Positions 11,799-20,949 of a stretch of DNA of 64,000 nucleotides are shown piece by piece. The stretch lies in contig OZ076409.1 in the NCBI GenBank assembly GCA_964187785.1, positions 49,602,001 through 49,666,000 on the forward strand, read 5' to 3'. The stretch is from Amphiscolops sp. MND2022 (taxonomy: Eukaryota). The stretch's first letter is position 1, and every line of letters begins with the position of its first letter. Made by a program: the position numbers and the translations under genes. The notes beneath the pieces were generated by a model. It was not told the origin of the DNA, ran no database searches, and saw nothing but the letters and a program-made list of their open reading frames with translations.

Positions 11799-12408
11799 AT
11801 GCTGATCTGCGCCGTTTGTGGGGAGGAACTGTACAACTTCATTTGGTCGCTTGATGAGAACCACGCGATCTGCAGTGAGTGCCGCGATGCTTGGATCAAA
11901 GTCCTCGAGAGGCAAGTTTCACAACTTTTCTGATTTTGAAATTTGTAGTTGAAGATGACAGTTTTTTCACTTCAAAATTTTCCCATATTATCACTGACGA
12001 ATATCGAAAAGAACCCGACATTTCACCGATTTGTTTTTTGATGCTATGAAACTATTACTCTTCTGTTTTTCTTAGTGGGACTTAGTGGGACTCAGACCCC
12101 CTCTTTTTCACTCTGCCTTGAAGGGACGGGCATTAGGTGGGACATAAAAGGTGGGACCTCCTATGAGGCGTAGTCAAAAGTGACTGAAAGTGGCTAAAGT
12201 TCGACCGAGTGCTTAATACTGGCACATTGGCTTCGTTTTCAGAAAAAACCAACAATGAGGAAAACGGAACTAGAAGCTTGATATAAAACAAACTTATTCA
12301 TGATATTCAAAAATCATCCATATTGTGAGTTACAGGCAAACGACCACTGACAGCATCATTTGGGTGAAGTGCCCTCTGTGTAGGAAAGAATCCCTACTGA
12401 AAGCTTGA
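11799..12408 (+). CDS. Two-exon RING-finger microprotein, 61 aa; join(11799..11911,12336..12408)
   Basis: Exon 1 MLICAVCGEELYNFIWSLDENHAICSECRDAWIKVLER and exon 2 QTTTDSIIWVKCPLCRKESLLKA* join in frame through AG|GCAAGT...TTACAG|G (GC-AG intron), giving CxxC...H-xx-CxxC...CPLC; absent from the ORF track. Confidence 0.65.
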
Positions 12409-12416
12409 TCAAGCGT

Positions 12417-12505
12417 GATCGACCTGCAGATTTGAGAGCCTGATCGACCTGCAGAAATGAGAGCTCGATCGACCTGCAGAAATGAGAGCTCGATCCACCT
12501 GCAGA
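12417..12505 (+). repeat. ~25-bp tandem repeat (GATCGACCTGCAGAAATGAGAGCTC) x~3.5 just after the RING stop codon
   Basis: Directly visible. Confidence 0.85.
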
Positions 12506-13764
12506 AGACCCTATAAAACTTTTTCAAATGAACAAATTTTATTTATTTTTCAATTGTATATATTTTGTTATTGTATAAAAAAAAAGTTTTACTTTCATTC
12601 TTTGTAATATTTCCCAGAACATATGGAAAGAAAAAAGACTTGCATTTTGAATTCTGACTGAAACTACATATAAACTGATATACAATTTCTACAGCAATAA
12701 AAAATGCAAAATTTTTTCTCAACGGGGAGGCGGAGTTTCTTAACAGGGGGGGTCGTTAAAAACATGGCTAAAAACATGCGGGCAAACATGGGTGAAAACC
12801 TAGAAAGGGGACCTTTTGGTACTTTTAAGGGTACAATTCTGAACGGGGGGCGTCTAATATCTTCGTTTGCATTTTCATTTTGATCGCTATTGCTAATTGT
12901 TTGAATTTTTTGCAGATTAATTGCAAGTTTGAATCAAAAACACTTGGAAAGGATTGTTTCTATTTATATTTTCGGGGATTTAATAGCCATAGAGAGATGT
13001 CTTTGAGAGGGCAGTTATTTTGCCATGAACTACGTTTTTACATCCCTTCCACTAATACCCCAAATCAAATGATGGTAAATTTATGTGACACTAGACTTGC
13101 ATTTTTTTTAAATGTTATTTTCAATAAAACGAAATGCTGAGCATTTTCCATTCTGATGCTTGGAAAAGATTTGCTTGTCAAGATTCTAAATTGCCGCTTT
13201 GGTTTAAAATTTGTGGAAATTTTGAGTTATTTTGAAAAATGAGAAATTTTTGAATTTGAATATTCACACCAATTTTAAAAGTATGACCATTGCTCTCAAG
13301 TTATTTGTGAATCTACAATTTTCAATTTTATTATTTTAGACGATAGGGATACTTCAGAAACATAGAGAAACCAACTAATTAGGAGCAAACAAGTACTCAA
13401 TTTCAATTTTCTACGTTAATCACAGCGCGTACAAAAATTGTGAATATTTCGTTCAGTCCCGGCATGGTTCGTAAACGGATTTCCAATTTCTTCGTTCGCC
13501 TTGCAGTTGTCTGAATAGCAAATAGCAAACACCTTCAAAGCAAACACCAATTCGAATTTAAAATTATCTCCACTATTGAACTATCTACTTTTTCTATGAT
13601 GACCAAATAGCAAAAGCGAACACAATTCAGTGAACAAGTTTAAATCTCAGGTTTTGTGAAACTCATTTCAGTTAATTGAAACAAATTCACAATTCCGAAA
13701 CGAATTTAGTTTTATAAAATATTGGTTTTCTGAAAAGAGTTTCACAGATCCTAAAAATTAACTT

Positions 13765-13932
13765 GTCCTTAAATGAAAAGTCCTTTGAAGATGAAATCAA
13801 CTGTCATTTGTCAATGAATTTGTCATTAAATGAAATGTCATTTGAAAATGAAATCCATTGTCATTCGTCAAGGAAACTGTCATAAAATGAATGTCATTAA
13901 ATGAAAAGTCTTTAAATCTTGTCATTAAATTA
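13765..13932 (+). repeat. Degenerate TGTCATTAAATGAAA short-motif array
   Basis: About 10 related TGTCAT/GTCCTT-AAATGAA motifs. Confidence 0.7.
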
Positions 13933-14555
13933 AATTATAAATTGCCTTTATGTTATTTGGTCTACATTTGCGTGAAACAGAATTTTTTCAATTCTTATCA
14001 GAATAACCAGTCAGAATTGCGTTTCTGAAATTTTATTTACTTGGTTATATTGAATTTTATTCTGTTGATATTCTGTTCAACAGGTAAGAACGTTAAAATG
14101 GTAACTGTGATAAAGATGTTGCAATTGTTGAAAATTGTATTGTCGAAGATTTCCGGGGTGGGGAATAATCGGTAGGGGTAAGAGGGCGATAAACGTTACA
14201 GGAAAATTAATTTCAAGTAACTACTACTTGAATTTCAATATTTTAAGATACTTCGATCAATATATTACCAATATATCAAGATACGTCGACGAATTGAATA
14301 CTACTACATTAGTGATATTAGCAAAAGCAACAAAACATATAATATATATAATTAAAGTAGTATTATCATTAAAATATAATCTAAGAAATAGTAATGATAC
14401 TATTATATTATCTAAGAATAAAAAATATTTAATAATTTAATAATTATTATTTTTTAGGAAGAAATATTTATAAACATATACTATAAGTATAAAAAACGGA
14501 TGTTCGATACAGAGTGCTCAACTAATTTTTTCACGAGGTTTCAGGAGTCAAGAGC

Positions 14556-14765
14556 ATGAGGGTCAAGCGAACGCCCCAGAAGAATTACAGTAGTTGTTTA
14601 ATTTGCTTAGATGAATATAGATCAGTAGAATTACAGAGTTTGCATGAAAAACATAGATTACATTTAGTATGTAGAGACTGTTTAGATACCCTTTTAGTTA
14701 GTTTTGTAAATGTACTTAAATGTCCTTTATGTAGATTACCTGTAGATAATGTTTTATATTCTTAG
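14556..14765 (+). CDS. Single-exon RING-finger microprotein, 69 aa
   Basis: CLIC...HRLHLVCRDC...KCPLCR pattern; intact ATG to TAG; TATA-like TATAAGTATAAAAA ~65 nt upstream. Confidence 0.6.
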   Translation: MRVKRTPQKNYSSCLICLDEYRSVELQSLHEKHRLHLVCRDCLDTLLVSFVNVLKCPLCRLPVDNVLYS

Positions 14766-15153
14766 TTCTGTAAATTTTGCAGATTTTGTAAATTCATTGT
14801 ACTAATTCGTTTACGGACAGTGGTGTTAAAAGAAAAAAAATTATCTCATTTTAACGAAAATACTCATTGGCGAATGCGACAGCCAATCAAATGTGAGCAA
14901 AAATTTTTTGTGTTACACGTTTTAAAAAAATTGAAATGAAATTGAAACATGTTATAACAAACATATTATAAAAAAATTGTTATAACATGGGCCAATCAGA
15001 TGCAAATACAAACGAAATGTTATCCAGTTAATGAGGGATGTTGCGATTTGTTCGGACTTTTACCCTTCCCCATTTTTGCTGAATTTGCATTTTCATAATG
15101 AACAGAATTAATAACAGAATTGAACAGTGAGTGTGAATAAAAGAATTCAGCGT

Positions 15154-15462
15154 CAGGGGCTGTCAAAAATTAATTGGAGAAAAATCAAATGCATATAATT
15201 GCAATCATTTAATTGATTGCAGACTTCCAGCAATTGCAATTAATTTCCGCCAAAATATGACACCTATGAACTGAGAAAGGTAGCTGTTCTTGAAAACAAA
15301 CAAAAATTTTGGGACGAAGAACTTGTTTCAAAATGCTGTGCATAACAACGATTAATTGCAATTAATTGCAACTAAAGGATTTATTTTTTCTAAAATTAAA
15401 TTAATTGATTGCAATCTTTGATAATTGATTGTTTCCCAAAAATTAATTTTTGACAACCCCTG
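15154..15462. mobile_element. hAT-like MITE
   Basis: TIRs CAGGGGCTGTCAAAAATTAATT / AATTAATTTTTGACAACCCCTG; 8-bp TSD TTCAGCGT / TTGAGCGT. Confidence 0.8.
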
Positions 15463-15637
15463 TTGAGCGTCCCATTTTACATGTATCAGCAGTTTTCACA
15501 ACAAATGTACATACAAATTTGCGTCTACCATTTTCACGGGCCTTGCCGTCTTCGAGATAACTGTGATTATTCATACGTTTATATTGTGAAAAATAATTGT
15601 AAAAGTTGGCAACTAATCGATTTTAACACCACTGTTT

Positions 15638-15715
15638 GAGACCCTTCAGAGGCCACGTTCTCGGCGTGGGTCTTGTTATGGGCGACACTATGTGATCCCC
15701 TAACTGAGAGCCTCT
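15638..15715 (+). ncRNA. HDV-like self-cleaving ribozyme, copy 2 (intact fold)
   Basis: P1 15638-44/15668-74 (GAGACCC/GGGTCTT); P2 15648-54/15708-15 with one bulged A; P3 ACG/CGT; L3 TTCTCGG; J1/4 GT; P4 15677-15702; catalytic C15704 in CTGA. Confidence 0.75.
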
Positions 15716-16071
15716 TTAAAATCACAGAATACTGGGCTAGCGTGACTATTTGTTGTGATTTCTGATCACAACATTAACAAAAGCCCGACATTTTTGAAAA
15801 GATGTTTTTGTTGAATTCAGTAGTAAAGCAGAAATCTAAACGATCCAGCTTAGATGGCATGAACTTGCATTTCAGGTTCCCCTCCAACACCAGCTACTCT
15901 CTGGCTACTATTGATTCAATCTATTTTAATTGGTGATTGGAGAAACGTTAAAGCATAATAAAAATGATAATATTAAACAAATACCGTACATGTATAACAG
16001 TAGTAAGGTAAGCGAACCATTCTCATCATACAGCGTTTCTTTTCTAAAATAGTTTCAATCTTCTACAAAAT

Positions 16072-16233
16072 GGGGACAGGTGCTCAGATATCTAGAGATA
16101 GGCGACAACAGATACTTACTTGATGAATCTGGACTTCATGGAGCAAGTCTCTTATTCTGCCCCGGTGGAGCATCAGAGTGTTTAACTTCGGTGATCTAAC
16201 GAGCGCATGCTGTTGCTCTGAGCCATAGTCCCC
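16072..16233 (-). ncRNA. 5S-rRNA-related putative Pol III RNA gene, copy 3 (~162 nt)
   Basis: Minus strand contains CTCGTTAGATCACCGAAGTTAA (cf. invertebrate 5S CTCGTCCGATCACCGAAGTTAA) flanked by TCAGAG/CTCTGA; GGGGAC/GTCCCC ends; ATTTT terminator; TATATA at about -23 to -33. Confidence 0.55.
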
Positions 16234-16622
16234 TATTTACGATAAATTAACTTGAATATATATATACGCAATACATGTAAATACTCCACGCCGCGTTCCA
16301 TCAAACTTCGTTTGTTTTAGCTTAACCATACTGTTATAAACAAAAATACAGTATATGGAATTTGTTTTTTTATGCTAAATGAATTCAATTTCATATTGTA
16401 AATGGTAAGTGGGACTAATTTTGTTGTGTTGAGAACTGAACTGATAAAGAAACTCAATGTGATTGAGCCTGAAAAAAAGGCTTTTATATCGAGCATGAAA
16501 AGCACGCCTTATTTTCACCTCAAACAAAATTTTTTGATGGCAAAGTTAAACTCTTTTTCGCAAAATAAAAATATTGGCACAGAGACGCAACATGTTTGAT
16601 ATCCCAAAGTGTTTGCAATCAA

Positions 16623-16820
16623 TATCAATCACATTGCGTTTCTTTTACATCATACTTCTAGTGAAACAATAGAAAAGAAATATCTATCACATTGCGTTTC
16701 TTTTAGATAATACGCCTAGTGAAACAATACAAATCCAATATCTATCACATTGCGTTTCTTTTAGATCATACTTCTAGTGAAACAATACACATCTAATCTC
16801 AATCATATTGCGTTTCTCTC
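16623..16820 (-). repeat. Array of ~57-bp units containing ATCACATTGCGTTTCTTTTAGATCATAC(TT)CTAGTGAAACAATA (family also ~2760, 4620-4900, 10280-10330)
   Basis: Directly visible repeated units; core GAAACGCAATGTGAT resembles the GCAACGCGATGTGAT core of the 36-bp arrays. Confidence 0.8.
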
Positions 16821-17996
16821 TCTACATTAACTCAAACAATATCCCACCTTTTATGTCCCACCAAATGCCCGTCCCACCAAGGCATAGTAGAAAAGGGTCT
16901 ATGTCCCACTAAGTCTGGTTTCCTCAACACAATCCACTAAGTATTTCCTACCACCAAAAGAAATTCCTTTGAAACGAAAAATTACCAAAACAACAAAAAT
17001 TAGATTTCCATTGATTGAACGTTGGCCCCAAGTGTTAAATAGACCACTTTTTCACTTATTTTAGGCCTTGGGGGACGAGAATTAGGTGAGACAGGTGGGA
17101 CCTCCCAGATTGGCCAATATTGAGCAGTTCCAAAATTGGGGATATGATTGTTAGAGCATGCTTAAGAACTTCATAGTCTACTCTATGTTGACTAAAAGGA
17201 CTGTCATCTATCCCCGCCAAATTGCGGCGGGGGATAAGACCAAAGGTTCAAATACCAGGTACACCAACCAACACGAAAGCACATTTTCTTCTGGAAAAAA
17301 AATATTTAACTAATAAGAGAATATTATACTTATACTTAGATTATACTTAGAGGATTGTCTCTACAACTGGTTGGACACTTCAGGTAAAAATTCCATAATT
17401 TTTTGATATTATTGTCCAAAATTGCAAACGTTCACGCTTGGAACAAGATACAGTAATTGAAATTGAGTTTTTATGTTATTTGCTCTTTGGAAATTCACGT
17501 TTATCTGGACAATTAGAAAATTGAATAAGTTTAATCAAAAAAATAACTAACCAACAAAAAAACGAGTTAGGTCACCTGTCGGTTAGGCTTTGTATGACAT
17601 ATTAAGAAAGAGAGCTGAAGAAACAAGATAAAAGTAATTCCAGGAATCCTCGAAACTCTTCAAAGTAATATGTAAGCTATGCTTGAAACCATTTCCGACA
17701 AAAGGTTTGAGATACTTGGACTTGGAACGACTTGAAATTCAGAGGAATTAGGGGGAAAATAAGTGGGGGCGTTCCATTATTCCGAAACATCATTATTCCG
17801 AAAATATTGATTAGAATAAAACTTCCGAAAATAAACAAAATTGTAACAAATGCCGGAAATAAGTTCATCAAAACTGAATTTCAACTCAAATCAGTATTAC
17901 AAAATTTACAGTACATGTGTTTGCGAATATTCATAGCCACAGCGTGCTAAATTAGCACTGCTAATTAAAGAAGTCACTGTGCCAACTAAGGGCATT

Positions 17997-18147
17997 GACA
18001 GTTCGGGGAAGGTGCGAATTTGTTTAAGCAAAAGTTGTGATGTTATGCTCGGCTGCTATAATGCGAAGCGACTCGCTTCGCATTTTAGCAGCCGAGCATA
18101 ACGTCACAACTTTTGCTCAAACAAATTCGCACCTTCCCTGAACTGTC
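17997..18147. repeat. 151-bp near-perfect palindrome (75-bp arms, 1-nt centre)
   Basis: GACAGTTCGGGGAAGGTGCG...GCGAAGCGA-C-TCGCTTCGC...CGCACCTTCCCTGAACTGTC. Confidence 0.9.
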
Positions 18148-18481
18148 GCTTCAAGCGACCGAGCCATACTACAAGTTTGCTAACCTTCCAAATAAATCAA
18201 GTTCCATGCATATTAGCTGTAACAGCACTAAAAGCTAATTTGATTTTCTGCTGTATTTGAATCCTGCTGTATTGGACCAAATTTTCATTTTCTGCTGCTC
18301 CCACACGGCACGTTGTTAAACATTACGTTGTATAACTAGTTAAAAACTGTAGTTAACCGGTATAACTGTAGTAAACGCAAAGTTTCACGTGAATGAGAAC
18401 ATTTTTTGTCGGGCACAAATAACAGCTGAGATTACAAATCTAAACGAAAAGTTACTTTTGCCCAGTAAAATTAAGTTTTAA

Positions 18482-18562
18482 AGAGGCTCTCAGTTAGGGG
18501 ATCACATAGTGTCGCCCATAACAAGACCCACGCCGAGAAATTTCTGGCCTCTAAAGGGTTTC
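18482..18562 (-). pseudogene. HDV-like ribozyme, copy 3 (decayed)
   Basis: Same sequence as copies 1 and 2, but P1 5' strand is GAAACCC (A-C mismatch) and the P3 5' strand ACG is replaced by AGAAAT. Confidence 0.65.
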
Positions 18563-18947
18563 AAAAATCTAAGTTTAAATATTCTAGTACAAAAATATGC
18601 TAAGTACACTTTTAAAAGTAGGAAATGCTAAAAGGAATAGATTTTAACCAAAATCAATTAATTGATGAATAGAAACTCACAAATTACTTATCCAATAATC
18701 AAAATACATCAATTAATTGCCAAAACAAGAGTGGATAAAGCGGTCAAAAATTTAAAAAAAAAATTAAAAATTTCAAAATAGATGTGAACTACATGAAATT
18801 CTAAAGAGCTTTTTTCTCTGATGTTTTTCAAAATCTTTGACCGATTTCGAGAACATCGAGCCTGAAATCGCCCGGGGGACGTTTTCCTAATCACGGTATT
18901 GTATTGTTCGCTTACGAGAAGCCAGCAATAAGCGCTCTGATTAGTTG

Positions 18948-19127
18948 AAAAAAGCAACGCGGAGTGATTTGAGGGAATAATAGCAATGAAATAGCAACGC
19001 GATGTGATTTCGAGTAATTCCAGTGAAATAGCAACGCGATGTGACTTCGGTCAACTCTAAGTGGAATAGCAACGCGATGTGATTTCGAGCAACTCCAAGT
19101 GGAATAGCAACGCGATGTGATTTCGAG
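18948..19127 (+). repeat. Second array of ~36-bp GCAACGCGATGTGAT units (5 copies)
   Basis: Directly visible; abuts a Tc1-like MITE terminus as at 8311. Confidence 0.9.
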
Positions 19128-19584
19128 TACAGTAGTGTTCTGAAGTATCGCAACTCCATTTCTTGAAATTGCGAGTTTCAAATCCAAATATCTTTGAGAC
19201 TGTCACAAATACAAAAAACTGTCAGCTACAAAAGTTTCTTAGAATTTTATTTAGTTTACAAAATTGTTTGTTTGAAATTTCTGCGACGAAAATTACGAAA
19301 GTTAGAAATCGGAATTTTTGACAAAATTTCATCAAATTTCCACATTTTCTTGGTTTTCACGAATTTGAAAAATTTGTTTTGAAAAATTTTTAGTTGATCA
19401 TTTGCCCCCAAATGTCCTGAGGATGCTGATATGATTTGATTGAAAAAATTTTTCGATATCAAATAAAAATCAGCAATTTTCTAAATGCAATTCTTATAGC
19501 CTATCTTTAATTGTAATTTCAATGAAAAAGCAACGCCGTGTGATTTCGATTTTTGTCAAATGTCAACGCCACTTTTTTCCGTGA

Positions 19585-20265
19585 AATTACTTTGTAAATG
19601 CGAGAAATTTCGCTAATGCATTTATGATATCGTCATTCTGCAGCATTTCTCAAAATGATAGAATTTAATCCAAAATATAAACTGAAATAATTTTAATTAG
19701 GACCTTGAAATCGTTGTTGAGTATTTCTTTTGTTTCATTTTACTCTTTTGCGTGAAGGGGTGGTGGTTTTGTGAATAGATGAATGAATTACTTTGTAAAT
19801 GCGAGAAATTTCGCTAATGCATTTACAATATCTTCATTCTGCAGCCATTCTGAAAATGATAGCATTTATTCCAAAAAATAAACTGAAATAATTTTGATTA
19901 GGACCTTGAAATCGTTGTTGAGTGTTTCTTTTGTTTCATTTTACTCTTTTGCGTGAAGGGGGGTGGTTTTGTGAATAGATGAATGAATTACTTTGTAAAT
20001 GCGAGAAATTTCGCTAATGCATTTACGATATCTTCATTCTGCAGCCTTTCTGAAAATGATAGCATTTATTCCAAAAAATAAACTGAAATAATTTTGATTA
20101 GGACCTTGAAATCGTTGTTGAGTATTTATTTTGTTTCATTTTACTCTTTTGCTTGGGGGGTGGTTTTGTGAATAGGTGAATAAATTACTTTGTAAATGCG
20201 AGAAATTTCGCTAATGCAGTTATGATATCTTCATTCTGCAGCCTTTCTGAAAAGGATAGAATTGA
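19585..20265 (+). repeat. ~200-bp tandem repeat, ~3.4 copies
   Basis: Units start AATTACTTTGTAAATGCGAGAAATTTCGC at 19585, 19786, 19986 and 20183. Confidence 0.95.
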
Positions 20266-20280
20266 TTTTCAAAAACTGTT

Positions 20281-20897
20281 CGAAACTTGGAGTTGGTGGG
20301 ACAAGCATTGTTGGTGCATACCCTGTCGGTCACATCATGAATGAATCATAGTAATGTGGTGTTAGAAAGAAGCAACATGAACGTTTAAAGAGGTCAATGA
20401 CCAAAAGAAAATTATCATACTTGCTGCGACTTACACCGACAGAAACGACTTGACAATCCGAGGTCGGCGTTCGTTCTTTTTCAAAAACCCATCACTTGGT
20501 GGGACATACACTCGACATGTCGTCGACCAATCAGAAGCCGATGTTTACAACCCGCGTTGGTGGGACATACACACAGCATTCTCGCCAACGAATCAGAGGC
20601 CGAGGCGCATGGGGCCATTTCACGCATTGTTGGTGGGACATACACACAATCCGTTTACCCAATCAAAAACGCGGATTTCATCGATGACAACTTTTGGCCG
20701 CTTGTCGGCGCTGTAAAAATGTGTAGGTGTGGAGTGTAAGGCACTTGGTGGAACATTTTCTCAAATGGTTTCTTTGTCAATTTTAGGCGTTTTGCACTAT
20801 GTGAAAAATGACGTCCCACTTATTATGTCCCACCTTGTGCCCGTCCCACCAAGGCCTAGTAAAAAGTGGGGTCTATGTCCCACCAACTCTGGTTTCG
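20281..20897. mobile_element. TIR element with GGTGGGACAT subterminal motif arrays (ends of this family also at ~440-510, 895-950, 4925-5006, 9815-9890, 12070-12160, 16842-16925)
   Basis: Left CGAAACTTGGAGTTGGTGGGACA vs right reverse complement CGAAACCAGAGTTGGTGGGACA; motifs direct on the left and inverted on the right; superfamily unassigned. Confidence 0.6.
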
Positions 20898-20902
20898 TAC
20901 AC

Positions 20903-20906
<4 letters not shown>

Positions 20907-20942
<36 letters not shown>
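20907..20942 (+). repeat. (AG)n microsatellite
   Basis: Directly visible. Confidence 0.95.
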
Positions 20943-20943
<1 letters not shown>

Positions 20944-20949
20944 AGAGCA

